Below the pieces are notes generated by a model, which made no database searches, was not told where the DNA came from, and saw only the letters and a program-made list of their open reading frames with translations. Of a DNA stretch of 29,484 nt, positions 9,414 to 23,000 are shown piece after piece. The position numbers and the translations under genes were made by a program. The stretch is from positions 1-29,484 of IMG/VR virus record IMGVR_UViG_3300012953_000149; one strand, given 5' to 3'. Each line of letters begins with the position of its first letter. Position 1 is the first letter of the stretch. Source of the stretch: a virus. Taxonomy: Duplodnaviria > Caudoviricetes.

Positions 9414-11033
9414 TTAAAATTCCAGGATAACCTTAATGTCTTCTTTTTGTCTTGCATCTCTACTGATTAATGGTCTATTATCCAGATAGATTATATCACC
9501 TGACTCATTATTTATCTCAGAACTAGCAATCCCATCTGTAAACTCAGTACCAAGTTCAATAATTTTATTTCCAGTAGGATTTGTAGTTATACCAGAGAAT
9601 GAAGTATTAACTCCAACTGTATAACCACTACCACCAGATTGTGCAATACTTTGACCAGTTGCTTGGAATGGATAAATTGTACCTGAGGAATCACCAAGTT
9701 CAGTAATGTCTCCTCTATCTTGCTGATTTCCAGTTGTCTGATTAAAATATAATGACCTATCTTGACTGTACTTTAATACAGCAATTTTTGGATCATCTGA
9801 TAAAATATCAAATGAGGTAACATATCCTCTTGCAGCACCTACTATTACATCACCAACTACAACATTCTGAGTTATAATATCACCTACAGCAGGTGTTCCA
9901 GTCCAATCATTGAGATATAATGAAGATACTGAAGAGTATTGATTATCAGTAAAGACCTGAGTAGATCCTATGGATGTTGGATTCTTTAGAATTCCAATTT
10001 GTGCAAATTTAGCGTCTACTGGAAAATCTTTTGTCGAATCATCAAATCTAGCATAAATTAAAATTCTATCTGCTCCCAACTCTTTATAAAGGTCATATCC
10101 ATGTCCTTTTGATGGGGGTATGATTGGAATCAATGTAGCAGGAGTATTACCAGATCTTGCAGCAGATGAAATACTACTTAAATCAACCATTCCATAAGTA
10201 TATCCTTTACCACCTACAGAAACTTGTGTTTTAGTTATTTTAGTATTGACAACATCAACAACAACTTTAGCACCAGATCCATCACCAACTATGTTAAATT
10301 CTTGACCAGTACTACCTTGATAAGCATTTCCTTGATCGGCAATATATACATCTTTAATTTGGTTATTATTTAAGTCAGAATTACCATTATCCCTAACTGC
10401 TGTTATTTGAGCATCTGTAGAAGATGACCAATCATTAGGAAGAGGTACAAACTCAGTTGCATCAAACTTAATAATATCACTTGGAGCAACCGTAAATAGA
10501 TATTTCCAAATATAACCATCATCAGTATCACCAGCAGCTCTAGATGGTTCTAACCCAGTAAATAAAGGTTCGTTTTGAGAACGATTTCCTGTGGTATTAA
10601 TTCCAGAAGCTCCATTATTAATGCAAATATTAACATTATAATCTTTATTAATTACATAATAATTAGCATCATATAATCTAGAAGAATCTGTTATAGGAGA
10701 CTGATTAGTAGCACTATAGTCTTGGCGATACATCTCATACCTAGTACCCGAAGCCCAAGTTATTTTTCTAACAACTCTTCGAATATTATCTGTAGTAATC
10801 TTTTTACCAAAGATCATAGTATCTTTGGAGTGATTCAAATAATTAAAATCGTCAGTTGGATTCGGAGGACTGCTATTCCAAGTACTATCGTTTGTTGCCC
10901 TACCATAGGCATTAGCAACGCCTGGATTTGATAATCCTACAAACACATAATAAGAGTTTGAGGTGTCACTAACATTCCCCAAAAAGTTACTAGCATTATT
11001 GATTCTAAACTGATCTGTTACAATTGCCGCCAT
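9414..11033 (-). CDS. gp8: Baseplate wedge subunit gp8
   Basis: 539 aa with AIVTDQFRI.NA, YYV.N..Y.V.ICI.NG, DGYIWKYLF and C-terminal GDIIYLDNR..I.R...QKEDIKVILEF. Gene order after gp7 fits. Confidence 0.92.
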   Translation of the reverse strand: MAAIVTDQFRINNASNFLGNVSDTSNSYYVFVGLSNPGVANAYGRATNDSTWNSSPPNPTDDFNYLNHSKDTMIFGKKITTDNIRRVVRKITWASGTRYEMYRQDYSATNQSPITDSSRLYDANYYVINKDYNVNICINNGASGINTTGNRSQNEPLFTGLEPSRAAGDTDDGYIWKYLFTVAPSDIIKFDATEFVPLPNDWSSSTDAQITAVRDNGNSDLNNNQIKDVYIADQGNAYQGSTGQEFNIVGDGSGAKVVVDVVNTKITKTQVSVGGKGYTYGMVDLSSISSAARSGNTPATLIPIIPPSKGHGYDLYKELGADRILIYARFDDSTKDFPVDAKFAQIGILKNPTSIGSTQVFTDNQYSSVSSLYLNDWTGTPAVGDIITQNVVVGDVIVGAARGYVTSFDILSDDPKIAVLKYSQDRSLYFNQTTGNQQDRGDITELGDSSGTIYPFQATGQSIAQSGGSGYTVGVNTSFSGITTNPTGNKIIELGTEFTDGIASSEINNESGDIIYLDNRPLISRDARQKEDIKVILEF

Positions 11034-11053
11034 TTTCTATAGCTTTTTTTCTT

Positions 11054-11061
11054 TATTTATA
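11054..11061 (-). promoter_or_regulatory. T4-type late promoter
   Basis: Exact TATAAATA on the minus strand in the 33-nt gp7-gp8 gap, 20 nt upstream of the gp8 ATG. Confidence 0.85.
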
Positions 11062-11066
11062 CTAAT

Positions 11067-14000
11067 CTAGGATGGTTTATTTAGTGCTCCTGTATCCCTA
11101 AGGCCAGAATTTCTTCTTTGTACCCTTGGGAAGGTTGTTAAACCACTATTAACAGTTTTTCCTGTTACCCCAATAGATATAGGATTGGAACTTCTACTAA
11201 AGCCCGATAACCTACCCCAAGAGTATTTACCAGATCCTACACCAGTTGTTCCGATTCCAACAGAATCTGTGCTGAATAATGTTGCATTAGAATCAACATC
11301 AGCAATAAAGTCTGCCTTAGTACCTGTTCTATTAATAGCACGAACCTGATATACATTATTTAAATAAGTAGTACCTATTCCCACTACAGCAGCATTGCCG
11401 CCAGGTGCAGTTCCATCTATGGAGGTAACTCCTGATCCAATCGCAGTATCATAAACATAAATTGGATAACCATTAATTAATGTAGTCCAATCTCCACTAG
11501 TCTTCTCACAGAAGAATCTAATTGCTTTAGTTCCTTGACCACCACTTCCAAAAGTAGTTCCTATTCCAGTAATTATACCAGAGAAACCTTGAATAGCAGC
11601 AGGAGCAATACCTGTAACAATTTCTTTAGGAATTATGGGAAGTTTTATAATAACTTCTGGTTCTGCAGGAACGGTATATCCCAATCCTGCATTTGTAATT
11701 TCAGTTGTAGTAACAACTCCAGCATAAATTGATGCTATTCCTGTTGCAACAATTCCAGGTGGTGATGGAACTGTGTTAGTAGGTATTGTAGCTACTCTTG
11801 GTCCTGCGATTGATAAAGGAACGGTATATGCAATACCACTACTTGAATCATATCCACTTCCACCATCTACAATAGTAAGTGCACTAATAGTACCAGTAGC
11901 AGAAACAACAGCAGTAATAGCAGCTCCTGTTAAAGTCTGAGATTCATTAACAATAATTAAATCTGTATCGCCAGTACCTTCATAATCAAATAATTCTGTA
12001 GAATCAACAAAACATTCACTGTCGCCAGTTGTTAAATCACTGATTACTCTTGCATTAGGGAATACTAATGGTTCAATAGAAGGTCTTGACTTATAGACAA
12101 TATTGCCGTTAATCATCTTATCAACTTTTTGCTTAAACCACTTCATTGGTCTAAGATTGGTATCATCAATACCTTTACCAAAATACAAATTAGTTTCAAC
12201 TGTATCTGAAGTTGTTATTCCAGAAATTGTTCTCATATCTTGATTAGAACTTCCAGTTAGATAATTTTGCTTAAGAACTTGTACTTGATCACCATCCTTA
12301 ATACTTTCAGTAACATCAGTATAAGTTACGTCTACTCCACTTGTTCCTTTATAGAAGAAGATTGATACAACATCTCCTGCATCAGGTGCTTCAGTAAAGG
12401 CAAACGTTGTTCCTCCATTAAAGGTATAAGCATCACCTGGATTTTGTAATACTCCATTAATAAAGATTAAGAGTAATGATTGAATATCTAAATCTGTAGT
12501 GTCATCTTTCTGGAAGGATACTAATTCTCCAGCATAATTTAATGGGAATCTTGTTCTTTTTCCATCTTGAAGATTTGCAATAGAATCAATATAATCAAAT
12601 TCACCAACATTCCAAGAAGCAAATCTATCTGTAAATATTTGATCTACAGTAAATTCTAAAGGAGTCAATAATGAGGAGAAGTATCTATCTGTTACTATTC
12701 CAAGAGGAGTAAATACATCTCCTTCTCTATAACCAAATCCTTCCTGAGTAATATCGAAAGATTTAACTTCATATGAAATTGATCCAATTCCAGTTGTAGA
12801 ACTAGCACCAATATTAACAGTCATTCTAAGTGCATTACCAGTCTCTGTTGTTTCTCCTAATCCTATTCTTGATAATCCAAGTACATTAAGATTTTCATAT
12901 GCTGGAGATGGAGTTATAAGTCTTGGGTTAACATATCCTTTACCACCATCACTAATGGAGAAATTTAATGCTCCACCACTACCTGCAGGAGATTTACCAA
13001 CATTTAAAGTAAACGAAGTTGTAGTACCAACAGATTCAACACCTAATGTTGCATTATATGCAGGATCAGATCCAGGATTCTCTTTATTTGGTCTAGGATA
13101 TGAATGTAAACTAACATTACTGTCCTGAGTACATGTAAATGTAAATGCACTTGTACCAATTCCAACAGTACTATTTGCTTTCAATATACCACTAGTAGTT
13201 CCAGATACAAATGTATGATCTGTTGTATTAGTTGAAGGTACTGAATCTAAAACTTGAATCGAGAATTGAGTAGATGTCTTCTTAGTAATTTGTACCCACT
13301 TATTGAAAATTGGATCTGTTGATCTAGGATATGGGTGAGTGCTACTATTATTATCTTGTGCACATTTAAAGACTATAGATTTCTCGGCGATCTTAACATA
13401 ATCACCAGTATTATATCCATGAGCACCATTAGTTGTAATAGTTAAAATACCAACTGTTCCGTTATATACAGCATTTGTAGCTGTTTGGAGACCTGGTCCA
13501 CTAAGTCCATGTGGAGCATCTACAGTAACTGTCATGATACCACTTACTGGATCATACGCATTACCTAATCCACCTATTGAATATGGACTATAGTATGTTG
13601 TATCATTCATCAAAAGAGAACTTGATACACCACTTACATAAGTGTGAATATTTCCTTGTACAATAGTTCCAGTTATAACTGCACCAGTACCACCGCCACC
13701 AGCAGATCCTACACCAACAGTAATGGAATTTGCATCTGCTAATAGAATAGGTAACCAAGCACCATTGGCTTCGTCAGTTGTACGAGGATAATATTGTGTA
13801 CTTTGATAATAATCACTAGAACATTTAAATCCTATAGAACCTGTTGCAATACCTACAGTATTTGCGGATCTATTAATACCATTAGTAATACCACTTACAA
13901 AAGCATGAGTAGTTTGATTAGTCGATGGAATTGAATCAAGAACAGTAATTTCAAAAGTATCTCCACCAGCTACATTAGAAATAGGAACCCATTTGCCGTT

Positions 14001-17000
14001 CAAGTAATCTGTAGGTCTTGGATATACATGATTACTAGCATTACTATCCTCAGCACATGTAAAGGTTAATGCATTAGTTGCAATATTAACTAATTGCCCA
14101 TTAGCAAGTGCTGGACTTGGTGATGCACTTAATTTAACTGTTAATATACCTACAGTTCCATTATAGAAGGTTCCTGTAGTCGCTGTATAGGTATCCGAAG
14201 TTAATAGACTATGACTTTCCTTGGTAAGAGTTAATCTACCGCTAGAAGACTCAAATGAGGCATCTGTAGGTGTGAATGTAGAATATGCACCAATACCATT
14301 TGGATTAACAGTAATTGAATTAACACCAGCACTTACAAATCTATGAATATATGCTACATCTGTTACTCCGATAGAAACAGTGGTGCCAGTATATCCAGAT
14401 CCATGGAAATCAGTACTACCAATTCCAACTGAAGTAATCGTTCCTGTAGAGTTAGTAACTGCAGTTACGGATGCTCCAACTAGAGGTGCAATACCTAAAC
14501 CACCACTAGATCCAATTGATATAATTTGTCCAGCTCTTGGTAATTGATTCTGATTTATTGTGTCGTTACGAATAATAAGATTACCATTAGTTGAAGTAAT
14601 TCCACTGAATACGTAACTAGTAACACCAACAGTAGAAACTCCAGCAAGAGAATTATAAACAAAGTCATAATTATTAAGTGGATTCTCTGCGGTAGTTGGT
14701 CTCTGGAATATTCCGTTAATTATTACAAAACTACTTCCTGTAGCAATTCCAACTGCAGTTGTAATACCACTGGTATTAGCACCTCCAACAAGGGTTGTAA
14801 ATGTTTGTGCAATTCCAGTAAATCCATGAGATATATCATCATATACTGCATTAGTAGAATAATCTTGTCTTAAGTAGACTCTTCCACTGAAACTTGATCT
14901 ACCAGCATCACGATTTGATAAATTCTTCTCTGTTATATTTGTACCTCTTGGTGCTTCACTAAAGTAGATTCTATCTTTAACAATGTTATATCCACCTTTA
15001 TACAATCTTACAGTACTACCATCACTATGAGTTGATGCAGCAGATCCAATAAATCCTCTATCAACTTCAACAATATCAAGTGTTCCTGTTGCAGATATAG
15101 GTCCAACATTTGTCGTTCCCAATCCAACATTATTCACCTTAACATATTCATCATCTATTTTTAAAATATCATTTAATAATATAGAAGAAATACCAGCAAG
15201 AGTGATAACAGAAGTAGATATTGATACTTGTCCACCTACATTACCTGAAAGGGTTGTAGTGGTAGGAGTATATGCTATTGGTGCTTGTATTATATTGTCT
15301 AATGTAATTAAAGCTTTTTCATTCTTCTTATGCATTTCAAGGTGGTGATAATTACCAGTACCAACACCAATAAATGTTACTGCTGCTCCACCTTTAGTGA
15401 GAGATAATTGGAAACTATCTGAATTTACATCAGATGATACTACATAAACTTGAGATGGTAATGGATTTCCATCAGACATCAATAAAGCTCCAGTTCCAAT
15501 TCCTTGAACTGATGATCCTGGAGTGTAAACTAATCTCTCATCCCTATTAAAGAAATTATTAAGAAGAGTGAATGTTCCTGTAGAAGCAGTTAAATTATCA
15601 GTATCTGCTGGATCAAAATATCTTCCAAAAATTGGTTTACTTTCATGATTTAATACAAAATTAGTATTATCAGATCTGCTTAAATTTAAAGCATTATATT
15701 GAAGAAGTGATAAAGAATCTATAGATGGACCATACTGATGATCTGGTGCTACATTAATTAAATCTAATCCAGAATTAATAACTTCACTATAAACTTGAAT
15801 TTGGCAAGAAGTACCAACAAATTTAGCATCTGGAACAAAGACTAATTCAAAATCAGTTCCTTTTAACTGTGAATAGAAAGTTCCTATACCAGACCATGAT
15901 TCATCATGTTGTTCTGCACCAATTGATACATATGGATACTCTAGAACAAAAGCATCCTCACCATTATGTGACATTAATACTTGACGAATAGCACTAGTAG
16001 ATCCAATTCCTATTCTTACTAGATTACTAGCACTAGATACATCTTCTGCAGTAAATTCAAGGATTGTAGAAATACCAGCAGATGCTGTTATATTCTTATA
16101 AGAAGATTGTATTCTTCCAGATTCTTCAGATCCATCTGGTTGAGCAGTTGTCTTAAATCTATATGTTCCTATACCTGCTGTAGTAGTTCCTATTCCTACA
16201 ATCTTAGATTTAACAGAAACTGCATCAGTAGTACTATCATTTTCATATTTTAAAGATAAAATACCACCATCAATACCTGATGTAAATGTTCCTATAGCAT
16301 CACTTGTATTAGTATCAAAATCATAACGTGAAATAAAGGAATTAGATCCATCATGAGTTACATAAAGTTCAACAATTTTACTCTTACCTGCAAAAGTATT
16401 ATGCAATTCAACTGAAGCAAAATAAGCATCTACATTACCAATATTTCCTGATGCTAAAGTAGTTGTAGTAGGTCCTACTGCAGTTCCTTTAGCAACACTT
16501 TCACTAAATCCTGTTATATCAACAAAACCGATAGTAGTAGTTCCTATTCCAGTTCCTGTAATATTATTTTGGAAGATCTTTATATCAAGATCAGTATTAT
16601 AAACATCGGATGGTGTGAATTTTAATGAATAGATATCGTTGTAATCAACATCTCCAACAATATCTACAAGATCACTACCCAAGAATGCATTAGTAGCACC
16701 AAATCCAACAAAAGATCCTTTTTGAATAGTATAAACATTCTTCGTTGAGAAATCTGCTAAAGTAAGTATTTCTGAAACTTGAATATTGTCATTTGCTGGA
16801 TTCTTTGCTTGTATTAAGAATCTAGTATATGAGTTTGTTAATTCAATCTTACCATCTGTTTTTGCATTGTTACTTGCATTAGAGAAGAGTGTATTGATAT
16901 TATCAATTCCTAAAACTCTATTAGTGCTACACTTAAAGTAATTTACAAGTTCCTTTGTATCAAATCTAATAAATTTTGATCTCCTAGGATTAGTAAGAAT

Positions 17001-20000
17001 ATCAACATCCGTAACTCTATCAAAAGCATTAATAACATCAACTCTATTATTAGATTGTAAATCACGAGTTATTGTTGTAACATCTGCAGCAGTTCCTAAA
17101 CCCGATTTAGTTGTAGAACTAATTCCAGTGTCTGCAAAATTCTTTAATCCAGTAGTATGAAGTAACCGATTTACTGGACTTACTAACTTTTGATATTCAA
17201 TTGGACTTTGAATAGTATATGATAATGTTTGATAATAATCATTATCAGGAATAACTTGATAGTCTTCATCCAATTTTCCAGTATTAGTAAACCATCCTTT
17301 AGTCTTCTCAGATGAATAATCTACTTTAAATTCACCTGTATTATTATATAAAGTATTAATGGTAGCTAAAGTTCCAGTATAAGTTCCTTTAATCTTATCA
17401 TTTAATTTAAGATCAAATTTACCACTTAATTTAATATAATCATTAGCAATCTTATCTAATTTAAGTCCAACATGTTGGAATACGTTATCAACCTTAACTA
17501 AGATCTCCTCACCTTCAGAGAAAGTTGATGCTACTTCAGTTGTTTCAAATCTAGGATATTTGTTATAGTTTATGATAGAGGCAAAACTCTGAGATGTTTT
17601 GGCAAGACCTGGATTATTTGCTATATCAAGTATATTAAATTCTAATTGATAAGGATTTTGAGTTAATGCAGATGGTTTAGTAGTATAATTGTTAGTTACT
17701 GTAAAGAACTTATATCCATTATCTGCAGAGTTAAAAGTATTTCCATATTCATTCTCAACACCTTCAACAAAAATCTTATCTCCTACTGAGAATGGATCTG
17801 TTGTAAATCCTAAAACTGGAGTACCTAAAGTAACTGTTACAATTCCACTCTGAGTATTTGAAACTATTGTATTACCAATTGCTAGAGTAGTAATTGATAC
17901 TCCATTTGTATTATCAACTGTAAATAATTCAGGATTATCTAATCCTTTAGGTGAAGATACAATTATAACATCTTCAATAGATTGTGTATTTACATCCACA
18001 ATTGGTTGTAAAAATCCAGTATCATTAACCTCTCTAGTAGCACTATCAACTACAACTATTCTAGGATCAGTAATATAACCCTTACCACCATCAATAATTG
18101 ATACTTTAGTAATAGAACCAAAATCTCTTAAAGAAATTACTGGAGATAATTTTGCTATAGGTAATAATGTTTTATCTGAAGAATATTCAAATCCAATATT
18201 TAAAATATCAACATCTTTAATCTTATTTGTAGATGTAGATCTAGGTAATATTTGAGCATTAGATCCAACACTAGAAGCAATACTTACAAATCTTGGCATC
18301 TTTTTATAACCCACTCCACCAAAGGTTATATCTAAATCGTTTATTGGACCTCTTGCTGTGCTTGATTTTGTAGAATACTTTAAGGTATCACTATCTGCAG
18401 AATTATAAGCAAGAGACTCTGGTTTTTTATCTAATAAAATACTGAATGTAGTGGTTCCAATTCCTGCAACTGAATACTCACCTTCATATTCACTATTAAC
18501 ATAAGTAATCTTATTTGCATTTTTAACATCAACATCAGATGTGCTTATAAATCCAGATTTTTCTATATTGTAGAATAAATTCTGAGGATTGTTTTCATGG
18601 TAATTTAAAGTAACAGTTGCTGCTGATAATGTTCCAAGTCCTACTGTCCCAATTTCAGAAACAGAAATTAAACTTGTAGTTCCTGTAGATACAAATTCAT
18701 TATCAAACTTATGATCATAATAGAAATTAAGTTCATAACCAAATAATGATGTATCACTAACATCAAAAACTATATCATTATTTCTTATAATAGGAAGACT
18801 AGGATTTATTAAAGATAATTCCTGAGAAGTACCACCAGCAGAAACTAAACTTATAACTTGTGGTGGATAATTTATAGCATCATAACGAGTATTTGTTAAT
18901 TGAATATTATTATCATCTATTCTATAAACAAAGTAAGAACTAGTAGTAGATAATCCACCAATAGATTCAGTGGCAGTGACAATTCCAATACCAGTGTTAT
19001 AAAAGACTTTATCTCCAGTTTTAAATTGGTGAGATGCAATAGTTATAGTATCAGTAAGAACATTAACACCAACACTACCAAAAGTTAATGGATTAATTAA
19101 TAATTTTTCTTTTGGTATATTATACTTTAATTTAATTCCTGTTGAGGTTCCAATACCTACAGATCTATCAGATTTAAGTGTTAAATTAATAATATCTTTG
19201 TCTACTAAATTATGAGACGTTGAAACAGAAACTAATGCTGATATTGTCTCAACCGTTCCAGTTACTTGAGTGAAATTAGATTCTAATTTATATTCAAAAT
19301 TATCAGTACTACCTGCTAATGCTGAAGGGAAGAATAATCCTTTAAATGTATCAGATGAAGATGTATTACCAACTGAAGTTTGATTTCTCTCAGTTACTAA
19401 ACCAATAAAATCATCAGACTTATTAATAACATAAAGAGTTTGAGAAAAACCAGATTCTGGAATACTAAATGCTGATGAAACTAATCCATCTGATGATACT
19501 CCAATATTACCACCACCTGATGGTTTTGTAAAAGTTACCTGTTGACCTGTCTTAAATGGATGATTAGGTAAATAAACAGATTGAGTAGGAACAGAAACAG
19601 AACTTGCAGTATCTCCAACAGAAACATATACAGCAGTTCCAACACCAGCAAGAGTACCTAATCCAATAGATTGTTTTGGATTAAAGTAAACAATATTATC
19701 CAATTCAGATTCAAAGTAATCTGATTCTACTGTTAATGTAGCAAACCTTGGTAATAATTTAACTTCTGTAGATCTGGTATGTGCAGAACCAACAACCCCT
19801 CTTCTAACTCTTAAAATATTTCTATCTTCAAACTTATTAATAACTGATAATGTTTCTGTACCAATACCAATACTACTACCAACAGAAATTAAAGGTGCTC
19901 TACCCACATAGATGTCAGTTATAATACCTGCTGTTGAATTTGCAGCAACTTGTTTATATAAAAGTGTACTTTCAGTTGTAAGTCCTATTCTTTGAGTTCC

Positions 20001-23000
20001 TGTAAGAGATTTAATGCTTGTAGATAATCCAGAAACTTCAATATTATTCCCAATCTCTAATTCATGTGGTTCTGTAAAATATGCTAATATTTTATTAGAT
20101 TTTTCCCAAATAAAACTAACATTAGTAAATGCAGTGTAACTTGTTTCAATGGTGTTTATAGTAGGTCCATCTACAGATTCAATAACAGCAGACAATCCGT
20201 TTCCATTAGTTCCCTCATCATTAAATGATACTGCAGAACCAACCTTATAACCATCTCCAGCTTTTATAATTTCAAGAGATTCTACATCACCTTGAGTAAT
20301 TGCATTTGTAATTGCAGTTTGTGTAATAATATCATCTGATTCTATAAAATAAGTCTTAGCAAATTTATCAGAAGCTTTATATGGGAAGGTATTTCTAACT
20401 AAATCTGAATTATTAAAATCAAATGATTGAGTTATTGTATCTTCTGGGTCTAAAACTACTGGAATTGATCTATAAGTATTTCCAACAAAATATGGGAATT
20501 TTGGTTCTAATTGCCCACTTGTTCCAGTTGATACCCCTGCAAAATATGCATAGACTCCATTAGGATATTCTGGTGTTTTACAATATCTTCCATTATGTTC
20601 ATCCAAGTCCCCATTTGCATCATATGAATAATCATCAGCAAAGAACCCTGCAGGGAAAATTGATAAATCAGGACGGTTATGAATATTTGATGAATTTAAA
20701 CTATAACCACCAGTTAAAATTCCAACAGTCGAACTATCGAAAGGACTGATGTATCCATATGGACCATATATTGGATTACCATCATAAGCCCATCCAATAA
20801 TAGGAGAGTGTGTACCAGTGAAATCATCAAAACCATCCTTGCTACCGATAGCAGAAGAATAACCCACTGTAGCGTATCTCAGACCATACTCAGAGTTCGT
20901 TAGTATTTCATTACTGTATTTTGCTTTATATGGACTTTCTGTTTGTATGTTATTTACAGATAACTGCCTTAGATCCAAATTAAATAAAGCATTCTTTCCT
21001 GCTGGACTAACTTTAATAAAAGTATTATCTTCATTATATAATGCTCCACCTTTAACTATTATAACTTTAACAATTCTTAGATAATAATCAGAACCTACGT
21101 TTCTATCAATGACTGCTCTTAATTCTGCACCAGTACCATCACCTTCAACTATCAAATCAGGTGTAGAATAATATTCAGCACCACCATCATCAATATTAAC
21201 AGAAATAATCTTTCCATTGTTAATAACAGGTATTAATGCTGGAAGTATATTCTTACCAGTTCTACTGGTTCCATTTTTTAAAGTTATTTGTGGTTTATTT
21301 TCATAATTGATAACGTTATCAGAACCATATGATGTTCCTGGTTCATATAGGAAGGTATCAATTACTGATCCACGGATATATGGAGTCAATACAACTCTTT
21401 CAGTTGTTATGCCAGTAGAATAAGTTACATCTGCAGTAACTGTAATATCTGGATAATTAAATGACTGGAAACCACTTCCTGCTGTTGTAAACTTAGTATA
21501 ATTATTCTTTATGTAATTGGTTGTTATTGTTCCACCAACTCCAGCATTTGCAACTCTAAAAGAATCATTATCTAATTTAATTACTTTATACTGAACAGAA
21601 GTTGATAGTCCTGTTATGTTAGTAGTTGCTCCTCCTGAATAAACTATTAACTCACCTTCAGCAAATCCATGGTTATCATAACTGATAACTGAATTAAAAG
21701 TAGAAACTCCAACAGGTTTAACATAAATTTTTCTATTTACATACGGATCTCCTGCTTCCACTACAGAAATAGAATCTAAAGTATTTTTAGCATTTCTAAG
21801 TCTGAATTTGTGAATTCCACTTTTTGCTATAGCAGTAAATCCTATAGTATTAATTCCAGCATTATAATCATTCTCATCCTTATAAAGATAAACACTACTT
21901 ATTCCTAAAACTTGTGGATAATACGTAGCACCATCTTCTAATGTTTCATAATCTGCTGAATTACTACCGCCAAATGTACCAATACCCAGTGCAGGGAAAC
22001 CATTTCTATTATAAATTAATGCTTGACCACTCTTTAAATTATGATCATTTGAAAATCTAAGTGTTTCATTAACGGAATCAACATCTCCACCAAAATTAAC
22101 AAGTCTACCATCAAATTCTAACTCTCTATTTCTTCTTTTAATTACTGGTCTTACAACACTGTTACCACTATTACCACCAGTAATTTTAATTGAAAGAACA
22201 TCTTCAATATCAAAATTTTGCGGATCAACTTTTATTTCTTTAAGATGACCTGATATAACTGGTTGTACTAAAGCATCTGTTCCAGAACTTGTATCAACTT
22301 CTAAAGCAGGTAAATTAATTACGTCATAATTTTCACCTTTTGATAAAACTGAAAAATTATCTACTGGACCATAAAAAATAGTATCTGTTGATTTATAGTT
22401 TTCAATTTCTACACCATTAATTAACATTCCAATAGGACCAGGAAGAGTCTTTACATCTGTTCCTGATTTTAATCTATTATCTAATGGGAATTTTTTAAGT
22501 AATTTTTGAGATGCAATAGTTTTATCATACTGACTTAATAAGGTAAACTTATGATCAGTCCATATAACAGTACCACCACCAGAATATACTGCAGAAACAT
22601 CCGTAACAGTAAATTCAACATTTGAATTAGCTGCAGTAAATGAAGGTGACAGATATAATTTAATCTTATTATTTCCTTCATTTTTTACATAATACGTTCC
22701 TTCTGAAAGACCAGTAATTCCATTTATAGGAGAAACTGGAGGTGTTGCAGTTGGATTAGATACAGTTCCTGGAGTATAACGTATAGCGTCTCCAGTAACA
22801 AAAGGAACATCAGAAGCAAAGGATATTGTTGAATACTTAAGGGTAGTTGAATTATAATCTTGAACAGTATCTCCTACTACTGCATTAGTAATACCAATAC
22901 CACTAATATTTTTTGTAATTTCATAAGATGGTACTCCATTACTTGCAATATACACATAATCATCAGAATGACTGTACGCATTTTGAATATCTGCTGTTAT

